A stretch of 64,000 nt of DNA from an uncultured Chitinophagales bacterium. GTDB lineage: Bacteria; Bacteroidota; Rhodothermia; Balneolales; CAYWCV01. The position numbers and the translations under genes are program-made. The stretch is from assembly GCA_964456845.1 (NCBI GenBank), contig CAYWCV010000002.1:15314-79313 (forward strand), written 5' to 3'. Positions 44,733 to 54,049 of this stretch are shown piece after piece. The notes beneath the pieces were generated by a model. It did not search any database, had not been told where the DNA came from, and saw only the letters and a program-made list of their open reading frames with translations. Numbering within the stretch: position 1 is the first letter of the stretch; each line of letters begins with the position of its first letter.

Positions 44733-45856
44733 TGTAGAGCTCTTACCCAAATGACTCTCTTTCCGGAATAACGTTGAGAGAGTGTGCTTATTTCCTCATT
44801 CGTCTTAAGGTCGACATATCGAGAATTTGTGTAAACAAGGTATGCATCGATCGGCGATGAGCCGGTTGCAGCGGGATCTAGAACAGCAACCAGAACCCCT
44901 TCAAGGCTGGAAAGGCTATCGCGCGACGTATAGAAGGACAGTGCCCCCATGTCGTTGCCTCTCAGTAGCGCACGCTGCAAATCGTACCAGTTACTCGATG
45001 AGGTCAATGTGGCGTATTGCGACTTAAACCGGTACAGAGGATCCGTCGGATTCGTGCTCTCGGTCGGGGTTTGCCGTGGTGGAGTAGTGTTAGTAGTGTT
45101 TTGACTGGCGGAACCGCTGGTGTCTGGAATAACCGGTACCGTTGTGCTCGTGTCGCGTTTTGATACGGTGGTATCTGGAGCTTCGATTGCCAAACTGTCG
45201 GACGGGGTGATGGTATTCGACGTATCAAACATACGTCCTCCCCAAATGAGGTACGCCGCAATCAAGACGGCTATTACCCCCAACGTTGACAGACCAGCTG
45301 CTGACGTGGGGCTGAAGTGATACTTTTGATTCCCATCTAACTCGATGCTAAACAGCTCAACGGGTTTTTGGATGCTTTTCAGCCGCTGTGGACCTATCCG
45401 TCTTATGGTTATGTCGATCTTGTTGTAGATCTGGTCATAAACGGAGCGTGTAATAACGATGCCGCCGGGCTGTGCCTGAGTGTAGATGCGCGAAGCAAGG
45501 TTCACACCGTCGCCGTAGACGTCGTTTGACTCAAACACGACATCTCCGATATGAAGGCCGATTCTCAGATTAATTTTTCGCTCCTCGGCCACTGATCCGT
45601 TATATCTGCGCATCTCGCGCTGAATGGCAATGGCGCATCGAGCCGCCTGCAGGGCACTTTGGAACTCAATTAAAAAGGCATCGCCCATGGTCTTGATTTC
45701 GTTGCCACCGAGCGACCTGAAGATCGGGCGCAGCATCTCGCGATGCAGCTGCAAGAGTTCGAGAGCCAACTCCTCGTTCCGCTGTGTCATGGCACCGTAC
45801 CCGACAACGTCGGTAAACATGATGGCAGTAAGTCTACGCTCAGCCGAAGACAGCAT
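44729..45856 (-). CDS. Membrane-anchored class III adenylate/guanylate cyclase with extracytoplasmic C-terminal domain
   Basis: 375 aa. CHD motifs 'AIMFTDVVGYG', 'IKTMGDAFLIEF', 'RIGLHIGDV' and 'YGDGVNLASRI'. Single TM 'LSTLGVIAVLIAAYLIWGG', an S/T/P-rich linker, then a ~110-aa unknown domain. Confidence 0.85.
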   Translation of the reverse strand: MLSSAERRLTAIMFTDVVGYGAMTQRNEELALELLQLHREMLRPIFRSLGGNEIKTMGDAFLIEFQSALQAARCAIAIQREMRRYNGSVAEERKINLRIGLHIGDVVFESNDVYGDGVNLASRIYTQAQPGGIVITRSVYDQIYNKIDITIRRIGPQRLKSIQKPVELFSIELDGNQKYHFSPTSAAGLSTLGVIAVLIAAYLIWGGRMFDTSNTITPSDSLAIEAPDTTVSKRDTSTTVPVIPDTSGSASQNTTNTTPPRQTPTESTNPTDPLYRFKSQYATLTSSSNWYDLQRALLRGNDMGALSFYTSRDSLSSLEGVLVAVLDPAATGSSPIDAYLVYTNSRYVDLKTNEEISTLSQRYSGKRVIWVRALQ

Positions 45857-45922
45857 GGCCCTTACAGTTTGAATGAAACTTTCCTAACCAATAAAGATAC
45901 ACATTCCGAGGCTCACTTGCCT

Positions 45923-46933
45923 TTAAGCGCGCCGAAGACTTCGGCTGACATATACCAGCACGAGTGGGGTTGTGACAATAACAACCACAAAAACGAGGGC
46001 ATGGGATGCTAATGCGTAGGTGAATCCTGCTGTCTCTGGAATGCCATAGAGGATATAAAGGCTTTTTTGAACTAACAGGTGATACGTGCCAATACCACCA
46101 GGCGACGGTATCACCACACCAACCGACGACACCACCGTTACTACTAATGCCTCGGCAAGACCCAAGTTTTCCATCCCACTGCCGGGAAGCATCGAAAACG
46201 GAAGGCCCGCCATCAGAATGTAGCAGCACCACAGACCTGTTGTGAACAACAAAAATCGAAATGGGTGCTGGATGCTTCGTATTGAAAGCAAGCCTGCCTT
46301 GAAGTGAGCGCCAAACGTGATCAGCCGCTCCCTAAAGGAGCGAACGTAAACGTACCTTCGTGCCATGTATCCGATTGTCCACCATACTGTTATTATAGAC
46401 AGCACACCTGCAATCATCACTAACAGCAGTTTGACATAAAGACCACCCAGCTCTTCGGTGTTATCGAGTCCCAATAGGCCAATAATCAACCTCGAATCAG
46501 TGAAAACACAGAAAAAGACAATCATCATCAGAACAAAAAGCACAACCAAATCGATGATTCTTTCGAGCACCACCGTACCCATCACAGCAGCGACGGGCTT
46601 GTCTTCTTTTTTGGCCACGTAATAACAGCGTGTGATCTCCCCGAGGCGTGGCACGGCGTAATTAACGGCATACCCGTTCATCACCCCGGCAAGCAGGATA
46701 CGCCGCCTGGAAGGTATGCGGTCGTGTTCGGCGAGGAGCTTCCATCGCTCCATTCGAAGCCAGAAGCTTGCAAGGGTGGCCCCTACAAAGTATACAACCC
46801 AACCCGTCTGTATGCGCGACCACATGTCGCCAACCTCGCGTATATCGACGCTGCGAAGTGCCAACCATAGAAAACCACCCCCAATGAGGATGCTGACCGA
46901 AATTTTTATGACGTTCTTTGAGGTGGTGTTCAA
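45923..46933 (-). CDS. Flippase-like / lysylphosphatidylglycerol-synthase-TM-region family membrane protein (UPF0104)
   Basis: 336 aa, polytopic. N-terminus 'KISVSILIGGGFLWLALRSVD' and 'PRLGEITRCYYVAK' are typical of the family (from memory). Confidence 0.65.
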   Translation of the reverse strand: MNTTSKNVIKISVSILIGGGFLWLALRSVDIREVGDMWSRIQTGWVVYFVGATLASFWLRMERWKLLAEHDRIPSRRRILLAGVMNGYAVNYAVPRLGEITRCYYVAKKEDKPVAAVMGTVVLERIIDLVVLFVLMMIVFFCVFTDSRLIIGLLGLDNTEELGGLYVKLLLVMIAGVLSIITVWWTIGYMARRYVYVRSFRERLITFGAHFKAGLLSIRSIQHPFRFLLFTTGLWCCYILMAGLPFSMLPGSGMENLGLAEALVVTVVSSVGVVIPSPGGIGTYHLLVQKSLYILYGIPETAGFTYALASHALVFVVVIVTTPLVLVYVSRSLRRA

Positions 46934-46954
46934 CGGATTGAAACTGGTGAGGAC

Positions 46955-47584
46955 CTAATTCCTAAGGTCGATAATTTCTGCGGATTTAGGGTAATTCAAG
47001 GTGAATACTTGTGCATCCTGCTTTAGAAATTCGCCAAATGAAAACCTGGAGATGATCGTGTTGCCACTTTGGTCGACTGCGGTGATTCGGATGGGGAGTG
47101 CCTTGTCGTCCAACTCAATCTCGATGGCAGTGAAAAGAGCAAACGGGTCGCCGGACGTCAACACCACGGAGCTGTTCTTTCCGTTGCTTGGACCATTTTT
47201 TATCGTGTATTCACTCAACGAGCCATGAAGAAATCGCGACGGCGCATAATCGTCCTCGTCGGCATTATACGGACTAATGATAACCTGGTTCTTCTCTGAG
47301 TTATACACATGCGAGGTGTTGCCGTCGACTATCACTAGCCCCGACCGCATGGAGAGCTTATAACGGCCCTTGTCGATCCAGACCTCGCCCAGCGTGGTGA
47401 GGGTGTCGCCCGTGTACGAGTCTATGAATGAGTGGTTCAGCTGTGAATGGAATAATTCTCCACTAGAGAATCGTGCCCGCAGCGTGTCGAACATCTTGTT
47501 GCCCGTTGACCCAGCCTGGGCAGCGAGCTGCAGAGGTGTAAACGCGGTAAGTACCAGCAATAATGCAAGCAACTTACAGCTCAT
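46955..47584 (-). CDS. lolA: LolA-like outer-membrane lipoprotein carrier protein
   Basis: Start taken at ATG 47584 ('MSCKLLALLLVLTAFTPLQLAAQ'), overlapping the ftsK end by 11 nt. 'F.Q......G......G.VWIDKGRYKL' is a LolA-like pattern, and the ftsK-lolA order is conserved. Confidence 0.7.
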   Translation of the reverse strand: MSCKLLALLLVLTAFTPLQLAAQAGSTGNKMFDTLRARFSSGELFHSQLNHSFIDSYTGDTLTTLGEVWIDKGRYKLSMRSGLVIVDGNTSHVYNSEKNQVIISPYNADEDDYAPSRFLHGSLSEYTIKNGPSNGKNSSVVLTSGDPFALFTAIEIELDDKALPIRITAVDQSGNTIISRFSFGEFLKQDAQVFTLNYPKSAEIIDLRN

Positions 47585-50114
47585 CGAGGTCGCGAAGGTG
47601 TTGTTCGAGTTCCTCTTCGTCGGCAATGAGCACTTGACGGGCAGAACTGCCCTGGTATTTGCCGACGATGCCGGCGTTGAAAAGTTGATCGATAATGCGG
47701 CCTGCACGTCCATAGCCTACCTTTAGCTTTCGTTGAAGTAAGGAAACTGATCCCTGCTGATGTAGCACCACTACTTTGGCCGCATCTTCAAAAAGCGCAT
47801 CTCGTTCCTCAAGGGCAGCCTGATTGCCAGATTCACCGTTTGGATCTTCGATCACTGGCAACATATACCTGCGGTCGTAACCGCGTTGGTTGCCGATGAA
47901 CGAGGTGATACGGTCTACCTCCTCGGTCGAAACGAATGCGTTCTGGATACGAATCATGGGCCCACCCGCCGAGAACAGCATGTCTCCACGTCCAACGAGC
48001 TGATCGGCACCCATAGTATCTAATATGGTGCGCGAGTCAACCTTAGACGCAACCTTGTACGCAATACGTGCCGGGAAGTTGGCTTTGATGGTTCCGGTGA
48101 TCACATTCACCGATGGGCGCTGCGTTGCAACAACCAAGTGGATGCCAACCGCCCTTGCCAGCTGTGCGATACGTGCGATGGGCTCTTCAATTTGCTTGCC
48201 GGCTGTTATCATCAGGTCGGCCAATTCGTCGATGATGACCACGATGTATGGAAGGAGCTTGTGTCCTAAGTCGGGTTCGAGCTGGCCTGCTTTGTACTTG
48301 GTGTTGTATGCCTTGAGATCGCGCACCATCGCCATTTTAAGCAAGTCGTACCGCTCGTCCATCTCCTTACATACGCTGTTCAGTATTTCGAGAACCTGGG
48401 ACGTGTCTGTAATGATGGCCTCCTCAAAGTGAGGCAGGGTGGCTAAAAAGTGGTTTTGTATGTTTTGGTACAGCGACAGCTCAATCTTTTTCGGGTCAAC
48501 GAGGACGAATTTGAGCATCTCGGGGTGGCATTTGAACAGCAGGCACGCCAAAATGGTATTGATGCCAACCGATTTTCCGGATCCAGTGGCACCGGCAATG
48601 AGCAGGTGCGGCATTTTCGTGAGGTCGATCATGAAGACCTCGTTTTCGATGGTCTTCCCGAAAGCGACTGGCAAATCCATGTCGGTCTCGACAAACTTAC
48701 GCGTGTTGATCACCGACCGTGCGAAGACAATTTCGCGTCGGTGATTTGGCACTTCGATACCTACCATGGCTTTACCCGGAATCGGGGCGATGATCCTGAG
48801 CCCATGCACCGCCATGGCCATCTTCAGGTCGTCGGCATAGCTCTCAATTCGGCTGATCTTCACATCGGGAGCCGGGGTGAGCTCGTAAAGGGTCACTGTT
48901 GGGCCGACAATCGCATCGATGCTGATGATGTCGATGCCGTGCCTGCCGAGCTTGTCGAGGATTATCTGCTTCTTCTCGTCAATTTCTGCGTAATCAATCG
49001 GTTTTCCCTCGTTGGGTGGCGTATCGAGGAGATCGATGGTTGGAAAGCTGTACTTAATGTCGGGTACGGTGCGTTCGAGGTCCTTCTGTCGGCGCTTTAG
49101 CTCGTCGTCCGATGCCTCCTCGTCACCTTCGCCGATAAATACCTTCACCTCTACACCATCGGTCTTCGTGGCGACTTCACGCTCCGGTTTTTCGAGTATG
49201 GCTCTTGGTGGCTGTACTTCCACCTCCGCTTGTTCCGAAAGTTCTGCCTGACGCCGTTCTTCGGCCCTTCGCTTTGATTCGGCTATTCGGGCCTGAATGG
49301 CGGCCTCGCGTTCTTCTTCAAGACTTGCTTTTTTGCCGGCAACACCGTTTTTCTCTTCGTTATCGGGTGTGTCTGGGCTTACTTGTCGTCGTACCGGCTT
49401 GGGAGCCGGCTCTTCTTCGTAAGCGACAGGTCGAGTCGGTTCGTTTTTGTTGAGCGCCGCCAACTCGGCTTTAGCCTTTGCTTTCTCCCTGCGGTTAATA
49501 TTCCAGGCCTTGATACGGTCGATCATACCTTGCACATCCTTGTCAATAACGAACAGGCCCGTAACAAGAACCAGCAAGCCGAGAATGATCGGTGTGCCAA
49601 CGTCACCGGTGAATTGCTGGAGCAATTTCGATATCGACGCGCCTACGGCACCGGCCCATTTCAAGCTTAATGCCTCGCCTGCCTCAAACCAATTGATTAA
49701 ATACCCAGCAATTGTGGAGAATAAGAACAACAGGTAGGTACCAAGCATTGTTATACCGTTCAAGCGCAGTAAAGGCTTGCTTCTGAATACATACCATCCG
49801 TACAGCAGACCCAGCATGGGGATAATAAGACTGAAGTAGCCGAAACCATTCCTGACGAATCCATGCGAAATCCATGCGCCTAAGACACCCAGCCCATTTT
49901 TGACTCGCTGCGACTCTTCCGCTCCCGATGTAATACCACCGAAGCCCAAGGCATCGATATGTGCCTGGTCTGCGTCGCTGTAGGTAATGATGCTGACGCC
50001 GATGAGCACCGATATGCCGATGATGACAATACCTAGTATTTCCAGCTTCCGGTGATGCGACAATCCGGAAGCTGCCTGCTCTTTGGCCGATTTTCTGTTC
50101 TTGCGTTTCTCCAT
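47574..50114 (-). CDS. ftsK: DNA translocase FtsK
   Basis: 846 aa. N-terminal TM domain, charged linker, motor with Walker A 'GATGSGKS' and 'VVIIDELADL', and a C-terminal gamma wHTH 'SVSLLQRKLKVGYGRAGRIIDQL'. Confidence 0.95.
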   Translation of the reverse strand: MEKRKNRKSAKEQAASGLSHHRKLEILGIVIIGISVLIGVSIITYSDADQAHIDALGFGGITSGAEESQRVKNGLGVLGAWISHGFVRNGFGYFSLIIPMLGLLYGWYVFRSKPLLRLNGITMLGTYLLFLFSTIAGYLINWFEAGEALSLKWAGAVGASISKLLQQFTGDVGTPIILGLLVLVTGLFVIDKDVQGMIDRIKAWNINRREKAKAKAELAALNKNEPTRPVAYEEEPAPKPVRRQVSPDTPDNEEKNGVAGKKASLEEEREAAIQARIAESKRRAEERRQAELSEQAEVEVQPPRAILEKPEREVATKTDGVEVKVFIGEGDEEASDDELKRRQKDLERTVPDIKYSFPTIDLLDTPPNEGKPIDYAEIDEKKQIILDKLGRHGIDIISIDAIVGPTVTLYELTPAPDVKISRIESYADDLKMAMAVHGLRIIAPIPGKAMVGIEVPNHRREIVFARSVINTRKFVETDMDLPVAFGKTIENEVFMIDLTKMPHLLIAGATGSGKSVGINTILACLLFKCHPEMLKFVLVDPKKIELSLYQNIQNHFLATLPHFEEAIITDTSQVLEILNSVCKEMDERYDLLKMAMVRDLKAYNTKYKAGQLEPDLGHKLLPYIVVIIDELADLMITAGKQIEEPIARIAQLARAVGIHLVVATQRPSVNVITGTIKANFPARIAYKVASKVDSRTILDTMGADQLVGRGDMLFSAGGPMIRIQNAFVSTEEVDRITSFIGNQRGYDRRYMLPVIEDPNGESGNQAALEERDALFEDAAKVVVLHQQGSVSLLQRKLKVGYGRAGRIIDQLFNAGIVGKYQGSSARQVLIADEEELEQHLRDLDEL

Positions 50115-50121
50115 AGCAAGA

Positions 50122-50847
50122 TTAAGGTACGATAATACCGTCTTTCATGTATGGCACTATCGAAATACGGTCGAGTTGGCTACAGTATGAGATATCGTTG
50201 GGGTGTGCGATGTCCTTCAGACGAATCGCATGGTTGCTTTGGGAAACAGCACCCTCAATGTCGGCTGCATATTTTTGATACAGTACATGGGCTAGTTTTG
50301 CCCCGTCAGTTGCGTCGTCGGGCAAGTGTCCTTCGCAGAGTCGGTCAATAATCAGGCCTGCACAAAGCATGTCTTCTAGCGAGAGGCGTGATTTCCAACC
50401 GGCGCAGATGATAATGATGTCGCCCTCGGCATGCTGCAACTCATCTACCACAGAGGCGGCGTTGAGAAAGCACCCAATCAAAATCTTGCGAGCCAACGAA
50501 GCCCTTGTCACAGCTTTTGTGCCGTTGGTCGTGTTCATGATCATGGTCTTACCGTCGACCACACCCTTCGAGTATTCCATCGGCGAATTGCCAAGCTGGT
50601 AGCCGTCAATTTTTTTCCCGTCCTTCTCACCGCAAAGCAAGGTGCTCTTCGTGTCGAGATTTGCCGAAATCTTGCTGGCCATGGCCATGTCTTCGACTGG
50701 GATGATACCCTTGGCACCATTGACGAGTGCAGTGACCATGCTAGAACAGGCCCTCAAAACGTCGATAACAACGACTGTCTTATTCCTGACCTCTTCTTCT
50801 AGAAACGACTGGGCCGTCGAGAACACATCAATCTGAGCATCTCTCAT
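50122..50847 (-). CDS. comB: 2-phosphosulfolactate phosphatase family protein
   Basis: 241 aa. 'VVVIDVLRACSSMVTALVNGAKGIIPV' and 'GEKDGKKIDGYQLGNSP' match the ComB family pattern. Confidence 0.8.
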   Translation of the reverse strand: MRDAQIDVFSTAQSFLEEEVRNKTVVVIDVLRACSSMVTALVNGAKGIIPVEDMAMASKISANLDTKSTLLCGEKDGKKIDGYQLGNSPMEYSKGVVDGKTMIMNTTNGTKAVTRASLARKILIGCFLNAASVVDELQHAEGDIIIICAGWKSRLSLEDMLCAGLIIDRLCEGHLPDDATDGAKLAHVLYQKYAADIEGAVSQSNHAIRLKDIAHPNDISYCSQLDRISIVPYMKDGIIVP

Positions 50848-51944
50848 GATTTCTTGACAAATGGTGGTTTTTGAGTCGTGGCCGGCATGAGCTTGCCACG
50901 AATATCAATTACGATGGGTTGTGCCGGCTTCGACCAAGGGAGATTCACATAGGCCATGCCGACACCTTTCGACAGGGTTACCGATTGGGTGCCGCTGGTC
51001 ACTTCTCCGATTTGTTCGCCTTCCGGGTTTCTGACAATATAATGCGATCTTGGGATGGCTTTCTCATCTTCCATCGCGAATCCGGTCAATTTTCGCGTTA
51101 TTCCCGCTTCCTTCTGTGATAAAAGGGCTTCCCGTCCAATAAAATCACCTTTGTCAAGTTTCGTGATCCACGCCAAGCCTGCCTCAAGAGGCGACGTGCT
51201 GTCGGAAATGTCATTTCCGTAAAGTGCATATCCCATTTCGAGACGCAGGGTATCTCGAGCTCCGAGCCCACACGGTTTAATTCCCAATGAGGCACCGGAT
51301 TCCATAATGGCATCCCATATCGCTTCAGGGTCAGACATTTTGATGTCAAAGTAGATTTCAAAGCCGGGTTCGCCTGTATAGCCGGTGGCCGATACGATCA
51401 CATCCTCGAAACCAGCCACCTTGCCGACGGCAAAATGGTAGTATGCGATGGACCCAAGATCAAGATCGGTGATCTTCGAAAGGATCTGTGCTGATTTTGG
51501 TCCCTGTAGCGCCAATAGGGCATAATCGTCAGATCTGTCGTCGATGGTGACATCGTTCGTTTTGTGATCTTTCATCCAAGCAACATCTTTGTCACGGTTG
51601 GAGGCGTTGACCACCACCATGTAGCTGTTTTCTCCCATCATGTAGACGATCAGATCGTCGACTATGCCCCCGTTCGGATAACACATGGCCGAATATTGCG
51701 CTTTGCCTGGCACAAGCTTAGACACATCGTTGATGGTGATACGCTGCAAGAAGCCAAGAGAACCCGGCCCGCTTACAAAGACTTCCCCCATGTGGCTCAC
51801 ATCGAAAAGCCCGGCGTCGTTACGGACTGCGGCATGCTCAATCTTGATTCCATCGTATTGAACGGGCATTTCGAAACCGCCGAAGTCGATCAGTTTCGCT
51901 CCGGCTTTTTTGTGTGTTTCGTAGAAGGGAGTTCTTTTCAACAT
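50844..51944 (-). CDS. gcvT: Glycine cleavage system aminomethyltransferase T
   Basis: 366 aa. 'MLKRTPFYE.H...GAK...F.G.EMPVQY', 'DVSHMGE', 'GARDTLRLE'. Confidence 0.95.
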   Translation of the reverse strand: MLKRTPFYETHKKAGAKLIDFGGFEMPVQYDGIKIEHAAVRNDAGLFDVSHMGEVFVSGPGSLGFLQRITINDVSKLVPGKAQYSAMCYPNGGIVDDLIVYMMGENSYMVVVNASNRDKDVAWMKDHKTNDVTIDDRSDDYALLALQGPKSAQILSKITDLDLGSIAYYHFAVGKVAGFEDVIVSATGYTGEPGFEIYFDIKMSDPEAIWDAIMESGASLGIKPCGLGARDTLRLEMGYALYGNDISDSTSPLEAGLAWITKLDKGDFIGREALLSQKEAGITRKLTGFAMEDEKAIPRSHYIVRNPEGEQIGEVTSGTQSVTLSKGVGMAYVNLPWSKPAQPIVIDIRGKLMPATTQKPPFVKKS

Positions 51945-51961
51945 GATATCAAATGTGGTTG

Positions 51962-52330
51962 TTAGTTCGATTCGTCGCGGCCCGCATCACTTACCGAAAA
52001 TGCAGGCGTGCATATGGCCCAATACTCACATTCTTCATTGAATGGGTTTCCGTACTGAACGTTCACGCCTTTATTGACATAGACGGATTGCCCAGCCCCA
52101 ATGTCGACTGATTCCGCAGTGTCGATAATGACCCTCATGCGCCCCCGAACCACAATGGTGACCTCGTCGAATAATGGCGTTTGGGGAGGTTCGTTCCACT
52201 GTGGCGGCGCTATCATGTGTGCGACAGATACGTGAGCGTGACCCGTAGAGGCAAGGCCAACATGTTCTTCGATGATCTTGTTGCCGGGCACCGGTATGAC
52301 CACTGGCTTTTCGCGGACTGCGTATTTCAT
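51962..52330 (-). CDS. Cupin domain protein
   Basis: 122 aa with size and beta-rich pattern 'HAHVSVAHM...EVTIVVRGRMRV...G..VYV.KG' typical of a small cupin. Function unknown. Confidence 0.6.
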   Translation of the reverse strand: MKYAVREKPVVIPVPGNKIIEEHVGLASTGHAHVSVAHMIAPPQWNEPPQTPLFDEVTIVVRGRMRVIIDTAESVDIGAGQSVYVNKGVNVQYGNPFNEECEYWAICTPAFSVSDAGRDESN

Positions 52331-52458
52331 TATCTCGGTTAGAAGTGGCGATGAATGAGCTCAAATTTACGACCTATCGGGCGATTCTCTATGAGTATAT
52401 TCACATCGGGCGTTATAGTTTCCGACGATTTGAATGAATATGGGGGCGTAAAGGTTTG

Positions 52459-52466
52459 TATCTTTG
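52459..52466 (+). promoter_or_regulatory. Candidate Bacteroidota-type -7 promoter element (TAnnTTTG)
   Basis: 'TATCTTTG' lies 30 nt upstream of the apbC ATG, and a TTTG at 52429-52432 could serve as the -33 element, though the spacing is not ideal. The same octamer occurs at 20352-20359 before lolC/E. Consensus is known for Bacteroides sigma-A promoters; its application here is speculative. Confidence 0.25.
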
Positions 52467-52495
52467 GCAGTAAATCTTAATGCAGGATACCAACT

Positions 52496-53587
52496 ATGTC
52501 TTTATCAGTAGAAAGCGTCCGCGATGCCTTGAGCAACGTGATTGAACCGGATTTGGGTCAGGATCTGATCACACTCAACATGGTTTTCGACATCGAGGTG
52601 AGTGGCAAGGATGTCTCCTTCACCGTAAATCTCACCACCCCGGCCTGCCCGCTCAAGGCCGAGATCGAGCGCGCGTGCATAAACGCAGTTAAGCACTTGG
52701 TTGATATCGACGCCAATGTTACCGTGAACATGACGGCGAATGTCCAAAAAGCCCGCATTGACGGACAGGGCGACCAGACTTTGGTGAGCGAGGTTGCGAA
52801 CATAATTGCCGTGGCATCGGGTAAGGGCGGTGTTGGTAAGTCGACGGTTGCCGTAAATTTGGCTATTGCATTGGCCCAGGCCGGCGCAAAAGTCGGCCTT
52901 GTCGATACCGACATCTATGGACCCAGCATCCCCATGATGTTCGGCGTGAATGAGCGTCCCGACATCAGTGTCCGCCGCAAGATCGTGCCCCTCGAAAAAT
53001 ACGGGGTAAAAATTCTGTCGATGGGTTTCATGGTCGACCCTGACCAGGCCGTAATCTGGCGTGGACCGATGGTTTCGAGTGCCGTCCGCCAATTCCTGAG
53101 CGATGCCGAGTGGGGCGATTTGGACTATCTGCTGTTAGACCTGCCTCCAGGCACGGGTGATATCCAATTGACGATTGTCCAAAACGTGCCTTTGACGGGC
53201 GCCATCGTGGTCTCGACGCCTCAAGATGTGGCACTGGAAGACGCCCGAAAAGGTGTCGCTATGTTCAAGAAGGTGAATGTGCCGATTCTGGGCATCGTCG
53301 AGAACATGGCATGGTTCATGGACCCAGCCGGCAACAAGCACCATATTTTCGGGAAGGATGGAGCCAGAAGGCTTGCCGAGTCCCTCGAAATCCCATTCTT
53401 GGGAGAAGTCCCCTTGGAGCAGAGTGTGCGTGAGGGGGGCGACGAGGGAGTCCCAGTTGTGTTACGCAACCCTGAGTCGGCTGGTGCCAAGGCCCTCGTC
53501 GAAATATCGGAGCGCGCCGCACAGTCGATTTCCGTTCGAAACGCCTCGTTGCCGGCTACGAAAAAGATCGAGATTCTTTTCCGATAA
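52496..53587 (+). CDS. apbC: Fe-S cluster carrier ATPase Mrp/ApbC (NBP35 family)
   Basis: 363 aa. N-terminal DUF59/MIP18-like 'V.EPDLGQDLITLNMV', deviant Walker A 'ASGKGGVGKST', and 'DLPPGTGD'. Confidence 0.92.
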   Translation: MSLSVESVRDALSNVIEPDLGQDLITLNMVFDIEVSGKDVSFTVNLTTPACPLKAEIERACINAVKHLVDIDANVTVNMTANVQKARIDGQGDQTLVSEVANIIAVASGKGGVGKSTVAVNLAIALAQAGAKVGLVDTDIYGPSIPMMFGVNERPDISVRRKIVPLEKYGVKILSMGFMVDPDQAVIWRGPMVSSAVRQFLSDAEWGDLDYLLLDLPPGTGDIQLTIVQNVPLTGAIVVSTPQDVALEDARKGVAMFKKVNVPILGIVENMAWFMDPAGNKHHIFGKDGARRLAESLEIPFLGEVPLEQSVREGGDEGVPVVLRNPESAGAKALVEISERAAQSISVRNASLPATKKIEILFR

Positions 53588-53601
53588 CCGTAAACAGAAA
53601 G

Positions 53602-53645
53602 AGGGGACAGACGATACCAACAGGCATCTTCTGTCCCCTTTTTTA
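53602..53645 (+). terminator. Rho-independent terminator (between convergent apbC and rplS)
   Basis: aggggacaga-(18 nt)-tctgtcccct: a 10-bp perfect stem followed by a T6 run at 53640-53645. The complementary strand gives stem+ctttct, so the hairpin may also serve rplS. Confidence 0.6.
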
Positions 53646-53674
53646 TGTTCTGCCCTGAGGTCTTGAGCGCGTTC

Positions 53675-54022
53675 TTAGCGGCTTTGACCCTTTTCGCGGA
53701 TACGGGCTGCTTTACCTTTGAGATTACGCAGGTAGAAAAGCTTGGCACGACGTACGCGTCCACGCTTCTTTATGTCGATCTGCGCAATGTAGGGCGAAAC
53801 TATCGGGAAGATACGCTCAACACCCACGTTGTTGGAGATCTTGCGAACTGTGAACGTGCGGCTTGCGCCTGCGCCACGGATTGCGATCACAACACCTTCG
53901 TACTGCTGAATACGCTCTTTTTCGCCTTCACGCACACGGTAGTGGATATTTACGGTATCGCCAGGATTGAATTCAGGCAATTCGCGTGCCTGGGTATTGT
54001 CGATAAGTTTGATGATGTTCAT
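53675..54022 (-). CDS. rplS: 50S ribosomal protein L19
   Basis: 115 aa. '[30 protein letters not shown]' and '[18 protein letters not shown]'. Confidence 0.95.
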   Translation of the reverse strand: MNIIKLIDNTQARELPEFNPGDTVNIHYRVREGEKERIQQYEGVVIAIRGAGASRTFTVRKISNNVGVERIFPIVSPYIAQIDIKKRGRVRRAKLFYLRNLKGKAARIREKGQSR

Positions 54023-54049
54023 CGTTTCTTCCTTAACTGGCTGGGCTGT

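Noticed and set aside
44729-45856. Class III cyclase as a Pycsar-type antiphage pyrimidine cyclase
   Set aside because: No effector with a cNMP-binding domain fused to TM or TIR modules follows it. The downstream genes are signal-peptide or envelope proteins, and the cyclase itself is membrane-anchored with an external domain. That fits signalling better than defence.
51945-52495. Glycine riboswitch expected upstream of gcvT
   Set aside because: Only 17 nt separate gcvT from the upstream cupin gene. The 165-nt region upstream of the cupin gene shows no GGAGAG...ACCGAAGGGGCAA-type glycine aptamer core on the minus strand.
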